A stretch of 64,000 nt of DNA. Source: Heteronotia binoei (Eukaryota). The notes beneath the pieces were generated by a model, which did not search any database, was not told where the DNA came from, and saw only the letters and a list, made by a program, of their open reading frames with translations. Positions 13,357 to 25,149 of this stretch are shown here, one piece after another. Each line of letters opens with the position of its first letter. Position 1 is the first letter of the stretch. Where the stretch lies: positions 78,430,001 to 78,494,000 of the forward strand of contig NC_083228.1 of the NCBI RefSeq assembly GCF_032191835.1, written 5' to 3'. The translations under genes and the position numbers were made by a program.

Positions 13357-13742
13357 GCTCCCTTACTGAGTGCTACGATGAATTGGGGAACCGTTATCAG
13401 CTTCCTGTTTATTGCCTTGCCCCACCTGTCAACCTGATTATGGAGAGAAGTGAGGAGGAGGGTGTGGAGCCCCCTGAGCCAGCACCCAACACCCGGCGTG
13501 AATTCCCCCTGAAAGTGCGCCTCTCCACTGGCAAGGACCTGCGCCTGAGCGCCAGCATGACTGACACTATTGGGCAGCTCAAAAAGCAGCTCTTTGCCCA
13601 GGAGGGGCTGGAGCCTGCCTGGCAGCGCTGGTTTTTTTCTGGCAAGCTCCTGACAGACCGGACCCGCCTTCAGGAAACCAAAATCCAGAAGGACTTTGTC
13701 ATTCAAGTAATCATCAATCAGCCACCTGCGCCAAGGAACTGA
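13357..13742 (+). CDS. UBTD1: UBTD1 terminal coding exon (ubiquitin-like domain)
   Basis: ctgcag| [24 protein letters not shown]...KVRLSTGKD...[35 protein letters not shown] 13740-13742. Confidence 0.97.
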
Positions 13743-14512
13743 GTTGGAGGTGGCTGACTCAGGGCCCATTCTGTGGCCCAGGGGCTGAGCTTCAGCTCAT
13801 GAGCACAAGGCTGCTCTTGTGCCTGGGGAAAGCAGACGGTATTCTCCAAACTATGGTGGGAAGATTTTATGGTGGCCCTTAGAGAATCGCACATGTTCAT
13901 TTGCTGCAGGGCACAGACAAGGGGTAGCAAACAGCACAGGTGGGGAGTCTTGACGGTGGATTTTTCCCATGGTTTGCCTCTCATGAAGATATTGGATTTA
14001 TATATTCATGACCATTAGGGCCATTTTTTTTACCACCCAGACCACACCCCCCCCCCCGATTGACTGTCTTTATCCTCTATTTCTAGGTTGGTACTGAAAC
14101 ACATGCCTTCCTCCTCTTCTCCTTGGCTTCAACCCAGCTGGAGCTGTCTACACTGGGCCTGTAAGCCCATGTGAGGGATTGTGTGTTTAGTCCCTTCAGG
14201 GACTGAGCATAGATCTTGCCACTTGGGCATCAAGAAGCTTTTCTAGGGCATGTGAGACCAAAGCATCCCCCACAAAAAGTACCATGCTGGGCAGAGGGCC
14301 AGGATGCCTTATCAAACATCCTGCAGTATCTGGTTCCCAGTATCTGATCTAGTGAATGAGGCCTCAGTAATACTGAGATTGGTCCTGTTTGCATAATCAC
14401 CTGTGATGAGCCAGTGGGACAGATACACATTCTGGTTATACAGACAGCCTTTCAGCTAGATGGGGGAAATGGAGGATTGTTCCTGTATGTATAGATCTCA
14501 GTGTAATTTATC

Positions 14513-14518
14513 AATAAA
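14513..14518 (+). terminator. Probable UBTD1 polyadenylation signal
   Basis: First AATAAA after stop (~770 nt), followed by T/C-rich tract. Confidence 0.6.
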
Positions 14519-15504
14519 ACCTTTTCCAACTAGCCCTGAACCTGTCCTGTTGCCTGATTCAGCCTGAACCTGGTCTTCTTTCTTATCTTAAGAAAGCTTT
14601 TAACAATTTTCTTAACTTAGAAAAGCATTCATATGCTTAGTAGGAAGAAACAGACTCATTAATTAGACAATCTAAGTTCCAACTTTGGCTGGGGAGAAAT
14701 ACTTACCAACCTGGCCTTTGTAGGTAAGGGAAATCGTGCTACCAAGGGGGAGATGGGCGATTTTTATGAGAAGAGTCCGACATGGACATGAAACTGCCAT
14801 GAAGTCCAAGACTATGTTTCAGGATGGAACTAGAAATTATTTAGAAATAACAGTGGAGGGGGAAGTAGTTTATAAGGGAGGATCAATGGATGAGAAGGAA
14901 GCGTAACTTTTCTTGCATTCACTGATTCCCCTGTATAAATAATTGCTCACTTTCAGCTTCATACCTCATATGGGGAAGAGATAAAGAGGCGGAAATCTGT
15001 AGCAGTAGAGAAAGGGTTAAGAGGGTTAACCACAATAGCCCTCAATGGCATTATGTTTTATTTATTTACATTATTTATAGTTGGAGGGAAACAGAAATGA
15101 TAACAGATTTTGGGCACAAGTGGTTCTTGAAACAAATACAAGAATAATATGTTGATTAATATTATCTAATACATCCCAAGATCACTTTAGAGCTACACCA
15201 GTTGTACTTTAAAAAAAAAGTGGGGGGAAGAGCACTTGGCAAGGCTCTGTCTGTTGATCTACAGTATTTGATCAGGTGTAAATTGCACACCTGCAAGCTA
15301 AAAAGAAGGGAGGAAAAATAAATGACATATGTTCAGTTCAGGTTTATTATTACAGTCTGACCAGCTTGCACAATTGAATCACATAAAGCTTCTAAAATGA
15401 CATATGAGATCACGTTGGCCGTTTTTGTCAGGATGACATGGCTTCTTGATAGGTCAAGCCCAGACACAAATGTACACCAATCCACCCAGATGGTCTAAAC
15501 ATTC

Positions 15505-15592
15505 TCCAGACTGGAAGCCAGTAGCACCTAAAGACTAACAAGATTTTCAGGGTAAAAACTTTTGAGGGTCAAATCTCCCTTTGTCAGATGAA
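15505..15592. mobile_element. Penelope-like pseudo-LTR relic with decayed hammerhead
   Basis: GCACCTAAAGACTAACAA motif; minus strand CTGACAA-stem-CTCAAAA (CpG-decayed CUGANGA/GAAA). Confidence 0.55.
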
Positions 15593-17339
15593 TATACGCT
15601 GTGTCTGAGGCTTTCTAGCCAGTTAATCTTAGTTAGAGGTTTACATAAACTATTAAAATTTCTCAAGTAGATTTATTCACAGTACACATCTGTCAAGTAT
15701 TGTGTGAACTGGCGCACATGTCCTGTTATTAAGTAATAGAAATTTTATCTTTTTATACCAACTAATGTTCAGTATAGCAGAAGAGGAGCTTTGTTGGGTC
15801 AGAAGAACAATTTTCAGTTAATTTACCCTTCTGTTTTCCAGAGCAGCCAACCAGAGAGCTCACAAGCAGGGGCATTAGCCGAAGTCTCCCACAGCTGCCG
15901 CTGCCCAGCAAATGGCACACTGCCTTGGAATGTGGAGGTCCCCATTCAGCCTTACCTTACAATGACTGGCTTGTTTGGGTTAAAACTGGTTATTGTAGGC
16001 TGGGGTAGAGACAGCTCCATTGCCATGTGTCTTCTGAAAAAGACTGGTTATAATAGCATCCGTGGCTTTGAACTCCATTGGAATGGGGTCCAAGATATGT
16101 TTGAATATATTGACTTTCTTCCTGCCTCCTTCTCTAAACAGGGGTGTGTGTGGCTCAGCTAGAGTTGTAACAGAAATGAATGCCAAGGTATTTGAAACTT
16201 TTAACCTGTTCAATGGATTTGCCATTGAATGGTCCAATCAGTGGGCTTCCAGTTCTGCCGAAACACCATAATTTTAGACTTCTCAAAATTTAGGAAAAGT
16301 CTATTCTTATTGCAATAATTTAACAAAATCTTTCCCCTGTCCTTTGGAGGGGCACCTAGGAGCTCTCAGGAATGAGTTCAATTGCTCTGCTGTCATGGTA
16401 CAATTTTGGGGTAATGAGACTGTGAGAGACAGAGTGGTGTGTCCGTCACCACAAATAGCTCCCAGCTCAGCCCATCCTGGTGCTGTCCTCTCCCCTGCCC
16501 CCAGCTCACCCAATGTTATTCAGAGTGTTCCAGGCTTACTGTTCCAGGCTTTGTGCCTAAGTTAGCAGCTTGGCAGGTGGGTAAGCTGTTTCCTGGCGAA
16601 ACCCAGCTGCTTGAGTGTATGTCCATGCAAGTAGACTCCTGGGGAGCACGTGGCACCCACAGCAATGGGCTAAAAATGTAAAACGTAGCTAGGGAATGGC
16701 ACTGCACTTGGAAAAAGTGCTGTAAGACATTTTAAGACTATAGAACAGAGCAGAATATAAATCAAATAAGAAACATTTCACTTCTCATACTGGCAGAAAA
16801 TCTAGTTGGGAGACCAGAGGGACACTTAAACAAAGCTATTGAGGACATTTAGAATAAGATTACCACATGCCCCCTTCTGGAGAGAACTGCACATGATTCC
16901 AGGATTTCACAGTTTTCACATGATGGCTATATCTTTTCATATCTGAATGTTATAAATGTTCATATTTTGGATGCTGCAGTTTATACTTTTGAACTTTCAG
17001 CTCTGTATTAGGACTCTATTTTCGGAGGAAGTGTGTCAGTGTGCTTATGGGTTTGTGGGGTAAATGTATGTACAAATGTATGCATGAATGACAGACAAAT
17101 CTACCAGGAATGGTAATGACTCACAGGACAGTACCTGGGCATGAAGCCACAATCTTTGTCCCCTTTCTAACCTGGAGGGAGACAGCAGTCTGTGTGAAAT
17201 TGACAGGATTCTAAACCAACATTCCATCCTGCCATTCACCACCACCCCCTCACCATACGAGTGTGGGGAACAGTTCTTTGAGTGTTTCCCTTTGGGGACA
17301 GGGATTCTTTGAGCAGTAACTGGCCACTTTAGGAAGGTG

Positions 17340-17513
17340 ACTTCTGGGCAGCTGGACAAGGAAAGAATGTGACAGGCTGAACTCATAACAAAGGCGTGTG
17401 AGGGGAGGGAAGTAGGGTTGTCACTTGAGACAGAACCATGCATCAGGTCTTTATAGCAGTGGCTGCAACAAGACTAGGTCAGGACCAGTGAATACTGTAT
17501 AAGTGCTAGGAAG
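17340..17513 (+). promoter_or_regulatory. ANKRD2 proximal promoter
   Basis: E-box CAGCTG 17349-17354, CACTTG 17422-17427, TATA-like TTTATAG 17450 and TATAA 17498 just upstream of ATG. Confidence 0.6.
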
Positions 17514-17654
17514 ATGGCTGAGCCTGGCTTTCAAAGATGTCAAGAGGATTTACAGCTCCGTGACAATGCAGAAAACATGGCTGCTGCTGATCAGGGAGTG
17601 AAGTGGGCAACAGAATTAATTGAACAGAAGCTGGCACTTGAGGAAGAACAGGAG
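17514..17654 (+). CDS. ANKRD2: Ankyrin repeat domain 2 exon 1 (alternative in-frame ATG at 17577)
   Basis: MAEPG...NMAAADQGVKWATELIEQKLALEEEQE similar to recalled human QRATALIEQRLAQEEENE; GAG|gtcagt. Confidence 0.88.
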
Positions 17655-17873
17655 GTCAGTTTCTAGGAGACATGGGCTAGTTTGCTGGAAGCCCAAAGGC
17701 TAGACCAGGTTATAATAGGACTCCAGGAGTGGGTGTATAGCGTCCTTGACAATGATGGAAGGGACAGTCATAGTATGAAGTAATTAGCTACTTCAGGTGT
17801 AAAGATGCCAAGGAGAGAAAAGGTAAGTGTTTAAGACTTCAGCATTTGTTCATCTTCTGTATGTTTCATTCAG

Positions 17874-17987
17874 AAACACCGCTCCCACCCCCCTGCAAAA
17901 CAACAAGAAATGGCACGGATGGACTTTCCACAGCTGGAAGAGGAAAAGAGGCATGGACTTTTCAACAAAGGTGTCGAGGGGCTTAAG
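17874..17987 (+). CDS. ANKRD2: ANKRD2 exon 2
   Basis: ttcag|KHRSHPP...MDFPQLEEEKRHG...GLK|gtcaga; phase 0-0, 114 bp. Confidence 0.85.
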
Positions 17988-18531
17988 GTCAGAGGAGTTG
18001 GGGCCTTCAGCATGGTTTTCAAAGCTTATTCCATTTCATGCAATTATCTTTATCTGTGAACTCATTCCACTAGAAGTAGCACCCCAAACATAATCCATTG
18101 GGCACAAGTATTAAGTATGTGCATTTTGTTTTCTTTACATAACTGAATGCTTTTACAAATTGTCTTATGCTAATAACCCTTGTAATACCCCATTAGACAC
18201 TGATGGGAACATAATTCTATAGGCAAATAATGGGCTGGCTTGTGCCTTCCATTACACTCCCTCTCCCTCCCTCTCTCTCTTTCTCTTTGTGTGTATGTAC
18301 ATCAGCTATGGCAGGCAAGACAATTAATTTGAAATATTATATGCCCCCTATGCCTAGGATTGTAAAAGATGCCACAGCTCTTTTACAGTCCTGGAGAGCC
18401 AGTTTGGTATAGTGGTTAAGTGTGTTGGTTTGATTCCCCATTCCACATGCAACTGCTAGAGTGACCATGGCAGAGGCTGTTCTGGAAAGACCAGTTTCTG
18501 TCAGAGCTCTCAGCCCCACCTACCTCACAGG

Positions 18532-18725
18532 CAATGTTACCTCTAAGCTGCAGAGTCTTGTGAGCAAAAATTCTGCTTTTTGAGCTACAGGCATTAAAGT
18601 GGTGAGCTACTGCTTAAATTATTGTGCTCTGGGATCATACTTCTTGAGCTAAGACAAAAACGTGTGAGCTGGAGGCTAAAAACCTGTGAGCTAGCTCACG
18701 CTAACTCAGCTTAGAGGGAACACTG
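18532..18725. mobile_element. hAT MITE (CAGTGTTCCCTCTAAGCTG-end family)
   Basis: TIR CAATGTTACCTCTAAGCTG / CAGCTTAGAGGGAACACTG; TSD CTCACAGG/ATCACAGG (7/8). Confidence 0.88.
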
Positions 18726-18803
18726 ATCACAGGGTGTCTGTTGTGAGGAAGGGAAGGGAGATTGTAAACCACTCTCAGACTCCTTTGGGTAGTGAATAGT
18801 GGG

Positions 18804-18969
18804 CAGGGCCGGCCCTACCACTGGGCAAACTAGGCAATTGCCTAGGGCACTGGCCTTCTGGGGGCACCAACTTGGGCACCTCTCCATGTGATTCAATGAC
18901 ATTATCAGTGCAGGAAGGGCACCAAACCTAGCCTTGCCTAGGGTGCCTGACAGTCTAGGGCCAGCCCTG
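18804..18969. mobile_element. hAT MITE (CAGGGCCGGCCCTA-end family)
   Basis: TIR CAGGGCCGGCCCTA / TAGGGCCAGCCCTG; perfect TSD ATAGTGGG at 18796-18803 and 18970-18977. Confidence 0.9.
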
Positions 18970-20349
18970 ATAGTGGGGTATAAATCCAATCTCCTCCTCC
19001 TCCTTCAGTACTGGCTTAATGAGAGTATCTCACTTGTATTCACCTAGTACTAAACACAATTCTTCCAAACAGCAAGTCTTCTGTTTCATTATAATCATCT
19101 GCACCTAAGTTTCTCCAACCACATCCCTGAGCCCTGTCATGTTGTTCTTGTAAGATTCATCTCTCTTTCTTGACCCTAAGATAAATTTCTAGGTCTCCTA
19201 GGTTTGCCCAGAGATGCAGTTAGGTAATTTCAGTCTGTAGACCCAATGGTCTTACATTCTCCTCCCTTGAGATGATGGTGAAGACTTAAAATGCAAGGCT
19301 ACAACCTGCTTCCCCTCCTTCTGAGCCTATGTCTTGAGGACCTGGACTTCCATCCCAATGTCCAATTCTGCCTACCACTATGGTTCTCAACATAGTTTAT
19401 ACTTGGCGAGATAGTATGTTTTTTTTACTAGCATGACTGCTAGTAAGAAACACCCTGCATTTGCACCAGACGAGTCACCATCACAATCCAAGAGCAAAGG
19501 GATGGAAATCAACGGGATGCAACCGCTGTGATTTCATTTCGCAACAGATGCTGCTCACGGCAGCCAAGAATCACGGCAGGCTTCCTTCATCAGACCAAAG
19601 GCTGGCTACTCTACAGGGAGATGGATTGTATTCGTATTATTAAGGACAAAAGTTGACATCTGATTTTGTATTATTAGAAATGAGATACTAGCACAACTGT
19701 GCATTAAGGGACAGCTATACAAGCTGAATAAGCAGTCAGCAACTGACCTCCACTGTTCCTTTAGTAGCATACTCTTGTGTGGGAAGGGGAGGCAGATTGG
19801 CCTTCTGCCACCTGGCCACCTAGTGGGGGGGTGGCAGAAACAGCCCCAGTCTCCCTCCTCCATTTAAAGACCCCATGGGAGGCAGTGAAGGGGCACAGGC
19901 AGGGGGCATCCTGGGGGAGCAAAAAACCCCAACACCCCCCTCCCACGCACATACACTGGTCCGTGAAAAAAATTGTCTTCCACAAAGTCAGTCCATGGTG
20001 CCAGAAAGGTTGGGGACCACTGGATTAGATGACCCCTTCCCTTAGGGCTGTTCAAACAAGTATGGAGATGAAGGTGGTATCTCCATGGGTGAAAGGAAAT
20101 AATCTAATCAGCAGGACACTGTGTTATTAAATTTGGCATTGTGATAAGTCAAAGACATTGTAGGAAGTCAGCAAAGACAAAAATAAGCCTTTGATCAGCA
20201 TGTCCTTGGCTACAACTGGAAAGCAAAACAAAAAGGGGTTTACAGTTACAGGATGAGGAGAAGATAATCCAGTAATAACCCAGAGAATTCTTCACAAATC
20301 TCTCTCCTTCTGCCTTCTATCTCTCCCTCTCACTCTCTGTCCTTTACAG

Positions 20350-20490
20350 GGCCAGGAGAGGGTGCGAAAGAGCTCTGTGGACCTAAGGCGGGAGATCATT
20401 GAAGTTGGTGGCACTCAGTACCTCTTTGAGCTACGCAAGAAACCCAAAAAGAAGGAAGAGAAGAAGCCAGAGCCTGAGCCAGAGGAAATT
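20350..20490 (+). CDS. ANKRD2: ANKRD2 exon 3 (basic NLS-like stretch)
   Basis: GQERVRKSSVDLRREIIEVGG...ELRKKPKKKEEKKPEPEPEEI; tacag| and |gtaagg. Confidence 0.96.
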
Positions 20491-20813
20491 GTAAGGGAAA
20501 TTCTGTTGTCAGGGTTGTGGGAGGTGGGAGCTCTTGGGAAGGAGTAGTGAGATCTCAGAATTCATCCGCAGCAGATTTAGTAAGCAGAAGCAAGGCAGCA
20601 AAAAATCTTCTCCCAAAATGGGAGCCTCTGCATGCATGTCATCCCTATGATAAGCAATGTCTGTATTAAGTGTTTGGAACTGTGGATAGGGGATTGGGAA
20701 TAATTATGTCCATTCTCAGAGTTTAAGGCTTTCATTTTAAATTTTTTTTTTTAAACTTGCTATACTTTCTGAGCTTTTGCAACACCTACTGAACCATCAA
20801 TCCTTTCCTGCAG

Positions 20814-20921
20814 ACAGGTCCTGTGGCAGAAGAGGATTTCTTGAAAGCTGCTGTACAGGGCAAGGTGCATGTGATAGAGAAGTTCCTAGCAGATGGAGGT
20901 TCTCCAGATACCAGTGATGAG
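20814..20921 (+). CDS. ANKRD2: ANKRD2 exon 4
   Basis: TGPVAEEDFLKAAVQGKVHVIEKFLADGGSPDTSDE. Confidence 0.96.
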
Positions 20922-21194
20922 GTATCACAACACTCAGGGAATACCATTCTCCATTATCTTTCCTATGTTTATTTATTACTGTTGCCATCCGAGCTATGAA
21001 TTAGAATGTGCGGTAGTAACAGTGTGGTAGTAAGTAACCTCTGCATCTAGGATTGTGTCTTAGCTGGATAAGAATGTAGAGTTCCGGGCAGGACAGTAAG
21101 GGAAAATGAAAATACTCAGTGTCCTAAGAGAATATAAACTTGATACATGGTCATGTCACTTTTTTATAAGTGTAACAAATGTGTCATAATGTCA

Positions 21195-21352
21195 GACCAC
21201 TAGTCTTTCTAGCACATAGCACTGTTTCTTCCCAGGCACCAGAACATCGTTTCTAACATCTGTGATCTGAGACTTTTAACTGGAGGTACTGTGGATTGAA
21301 TCTGGGACCTTCTGCATACAAAGCACATGATCTATCATTAAGCTATTGCTTC
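21195..21352 (-). mobile_element. Degraded tRNA-head SINE
   Basis: GGATTGAATCTGGGACCTTCTGCAT matches head of family at 28698-28894. Confidence 0.6.
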
Positions 21353-21608
21353 TCTCTGAATAAATCAATTACATAATTTTTGAGAGGGGGGTATTGAACA
21401 CCATCTATTTTTTAACCTGAGAAATAAATTTTCAGTTTAATATGAAGACATGTTAAGTACTTAGATACGTTGTCTCAAAGAGCACCAATACGCGGGTGCG
21501 GGGGGGCTAGGTGAATGGCTTCTTGAAACACCTCTGGTCTTTAATCTCTGAATCCATATATGCCAATTTAGTACAAGAAGTGGCTAACTGGGAAACATCA
21601 ATGGAAAC

Positions 21609-21812
21609 CAATGCTCCCTCTAAGCTGTGGAGTATTGTGAGCAAAAATTCTAGTTTGTGAGCTACTGGCATTAAAGTTGTGAGCAAGCAGTTTGGCTACT
21701 GCATAAAGTAATTTGCTCTGTGGCCATCCTTCCTGAATGACAACAAAAATGTGTGAGCCAGAGGCTAAAAAATTGTGAGCTAGCTCACACTAGCTCCTTA
21801 GAGGGAATACTG
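21609..21812. mobile_element. hAT MITE (same family as 18532)
   Basis: CAATGCTCCCTCTAAGCTG ... CTTAGAGGGAATACTG ends; internal similarity to 18532-18725. Confidence 0.85.
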
Positions 21813-22093
21813 CATTGGGAACAACCTTGTGAAGTCTGCAAGAACAAAAGCCTCAGTACTTCTGTATATATAGTGAACATGAAAGAAATTTCACAAACTT
21901 CCTTTCAGCAATGTATGGAAATGTTTAATAAGTACTGGACTGGTGATGTTGTGGTGGGAAGTGGGGAGATGTCTGGAGCAAACAAAGTTTTAAAGAAAAA
22001 CACCAGGAGATTTTGTGCTATAGTTAATTGGTACAGGACTTTTTTATTTTTTACTGTATCCTTTATTGAAGACTTCCTTTCTCTTTCACTTAG

Positions 22094-22192
22094 TTCCGCA
22101 GGACAGCTTTACATCGTGCCTCACTTGAGGGATACACAGAGATAGTGGAGAAGCTTTTGGTCTATGGTGCCACTGTTGACTTGAGAGATCGA
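22094..22192 (+). CDS. ANKRD2: ANKRD2 exon 5 (ankyrin repeat, 99 bp)
   Basis: FRRTALHRASLEGYTEIVEKLLVYGATVDLRDR. Confidence 0.97.
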
Positions 22193-22492
22193 GTAAGATA
22201 CCCCTCCTCACATCCTTCCACATTCATGCTTGCTTTCATTTCAACCATTCTGCAGTTTTGGCAATCCCTTTCTTCTGTTCTCTATCACTATTAATTTCCT
22301 GTCTAAAGAAAATGTTAATTGGGTTTTCTGAGGATCAAAATTGGCTTTGAAGCTTTCTACTAGTTCATGTGCAGCTGGAAAGTACAGGTGTATGGATGCA
22401 CAAAATTAAACTCCAAGGGTGGATGCAAATGAGTATAGGTGCAAGGTGGAGTGGCTCTCCTCTACTGACAGATGTGTTCTTCCTGCTGACAG

Positions 22493-22591
22493 CTGGATGC
22501 CACTGCTATGCATTGGGCCTGCCGTGGTGGACATCTTGATGTGGTGAAACTTTTGCAAGAGAAAGGAGCCAATTTCAATGTCAAGGACAAG
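22493..22591 (+). CDS. ANKRD2: ANKRD2 exon 6 (ankyrin repeat, 99 bp)
   Basis: LDATAMHWACRGGHLDVVKLLQEKGANFNVKDK. Confidence 0.97.
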
Positions 22592-22859
22592 GTGAGTGAA
22601 GGAGTAGGGATTCTAGAAACTGCTTTTTGAGAACTGGGGTGGAAGAAGAGCATTGTGGTAAAAATTGAAGTCAGCTGTTGGGGGAAAATGGTTGAACTTT
22701 GTGTGAAAGCATAGGGGCAAAAGAGGATTTTAGAAGGGAAGTTGTGGTTGCATTGCATTAAAGTAACTGGAATATGGGGCACACTGATGGGAAGGATTGG
22801 GTTAATATAAAATAATGTTTCTTCCTTTTGGCTTCCGTCCTATATTTGTTCAAACACAG

Positions 22860-22958
22860 CTTCTTAGCACTCCTCTGCATGTGGCCACCCGCACTGGTGT
22901 GACTGAGATTGTGGAACATCTGATTAACAGTGGAATGGATATCAACTCCCGTGACCGA
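22860..22958 (+). CDS. ANKRD2: ANKRD2 exon 7 (ankyrin repeat, 99 bp)
   Basis: [33 protein letters not shown]. Confidence 0.97.
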
Positions 22959-23667
22959 GTAAGACAAGAGCCTTGAAAAAAATCGCATGCTATTTACTGC
23001 AATGTGTATAGCTCACCTCACTCCAGTCAATTGCTTAAGGTGTGCAACTGCAATGCTGCACCAGCAGATGAGACCTTGTCCCTGAAATTTGTTAAAAAGC
23101 AACAAAATGAAAGGAAAATAAATTTGACACTAGTAGAATAATTTAAAATGTAAGCAACCTTATCAAACCTTACTAAATTCGGTTCTTGAGTATTAGGACT
23201 AGTGTGCTTGACCCCACTCCTCTTTTCAGGGTGGGGCTGAGTTGTTTCATAACCCGGTCCCTTCCATACCTCTCTAGTAATTTCCAGCCAGCCAGGGATG
23301 CACTGAGTGAAAAGTACTCCATATGGATCCTTCAGCTAATTAAGCAAGCAAGCTTCATCGATAACAATGGTGAAACTGCAGCCCTTCCTACTAAGGACAG
23401 GCAGAAAGATTCTGTTCAGCTAGCCTGACTAAAACCATCGAGGGTACTTGGTAACATTCTGTCTCATTAGCAAGTTGGCTAGTCTCTGCCTCCAAAGCTA
23501 TATTTAGTATATCAGACTGCATTTGCAAAGCACTTGAGAGATCTGAACTGGAGGGATGCTCCTCTGGCTGCTAAAGCTTCCCTTATTCTTATGTCAATAT
23601 TAGTTCTGGTGCCTGATTTCTGTCTCTCCTCACCTTCCACAATGTGCTGTTACTGTATCTGTTGCAG

Positions 23668-23766
23668 GAGGGAGACAGTGCCCTGCATGATGCTGTTCGT
23701 CTCAATCGCTACAAGATCATTAAGTTGCTGATTCTGCATGGGGCTGACATGATGGCCAAAAACCTG
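23668..23766 (+). CDS. ANKRD2: ANKRD2 exon 8 (ankyrin repeat, 99 bp)
   Basis: [33 protein letters not shown]. Confidence 0.97.
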
Positions 23767-23959
23767 GTGAGTGTTGCCCTGTTATGACCCAACCAAGGGA
23801 TAACATTTTAACACTTTACTGGTGATTTTACCTTCAGCTTAGCTTATAGATTAAAGCCTACTGTCTTGTCAGTTCAGCTGCTAGCTACATCTAGGTCATG
23901 TTGCAGCAGTTGCATGATACAAAGATACTTACCTTTCTCACCTCTGTTTCCTGCTACAG

Positions 23960-24058
23960 GCTGGGAAGACTCCTACAGACCTTGTGCAGCTATGGCAAAA
24001 AGATACGCGGGAAGTGTTGGAGAAGCAAGAGCCAGACACAGCAGAGATGCCAGCATGA
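23960..24058 (+). CDS. ANKRD2: ANKRD2 exon 9, terminal
   Basis: AGKTPTDLVQLWQKDTREVLEKQEPDTAEMPA*, TGA 24056-24058. Confidence 0.96.
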   Translation, partial: AGKTPTDLVQLWQKDTREVLEKQEPDTAEMPA

Positions 24059-24330
24059 GGCAGATGAGGGGAGGGAAGTCTGGTGGGACTCAAGCCAGGA
24101 TGACTGTGGACTCCAAGAGGCTGTTGTTACCACCCAAGTTAAAAAAGAAGAAGTAAAATCTAGTTAATCCACTATTTGCAAAGCACCATTGCAATAGTTG
24201 GAAAACTTCCCACCACCATATTATCACCAGCCACACGTGAATTTTCTGTTTGTCATACAGTTGTACACAGCAGAGGCACCCTGCCAAGCAGACAAGTTCC
24301 AATTTTGTATCCATAAAACTGAGTAAAACG

Positions 24331-24538
24331 CATGAAGCTGCCTTTCACTAAATCAGACTTCTGGTCAGTTAAGGTCAGTGATGTTTACTCTGACTGGCAG
24401 CAGCTCTCCATGGTCTCAGGTAAAGGTTTTTCCCATTTCCTCCTACTCAACCCTTTAACCTGGAGGTGCCAGGGATTGAACCTGGGCTGGGATCTTTTGT
24501 ATGAAAACTAGATACTCTGCCACAGATCCACTGCCCCT
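24331..24538 (-). mobile_element. tRNA-head SINE (family of 28698)
   Basis: CATGAAGCTGCCTT...ACTCTGACTGGCAGCAGCTCTCC...GGGATTGAACCTGGG. Confidence 0.8.
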
Positions 24539-25149
24539 CTTGTGGATTGAATGATAGATAATGCTCATCTGTCTCAACTGCGTGATAACTACCCTACAAG
24601 ATCCTAAAATCAAACTACTTGCAGTATATTGGGTTAGTGCTGTAAAAGTAATGACTCCAGGTGTCTTCCAGATATTCCAAGGTAAAAGTGCACCTTGTCT
24701 CTGTGCAACCAGGCACACTTGTTTCCACCAATGCAGTCTGGTTTGTAATTTATCATCTGACTTGTCTGGTTGGTATCGTCCTTTCACTCTATGCATGGTC
24801 CCTCCAGCACTATGCTTATTCTAGACTCCTTCTACTTATACTTTCTGAGCTAACCCCTTGAAGCACCTGAACCAGGCCAGTACTAAATCAGCGTTGTTTG
24901 CTTTGTCTGGCAGCAGCTCTCCACTAGCTTAGGGAGAAGTCTTTCACATCAGCTCCTGTCTACCTGGCCCTTTGGGATGGTGAATTATGAGCCACAGGTT
25001 TTGCATGCTAGGAAAGTGCAAGCACAGACAAACTATTATACTCCTTTCCTTTTCCTTGGATTTTTCGGGGGGGGGGGGAAGGGGGGGGATTGTTAAGGCT
25101 GGAATCCGCTGCATACCTACTGGAGAGTAAAGTCCATTGGACACAGCAG

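Larger units (their letters stand above)
18393..18990 (+). mobile_element. tRNA-head SINE interrupted by two hAT MITEs
   Basis: Head GGAGAGCCAGTTTGGTATAGTGGTTAAG; body resumes after each insertion; tail GGGGTATAAATCCAATCTCCTCC. Confidence 0.85.

Noticed and set aside
14700-14910. Short coding-looking stretch MKSKTMFQDGTRNYLEITVEGEVVYKGG
   Set aside because: Only ~35 codons, no recognisable family or flanking splice structure.
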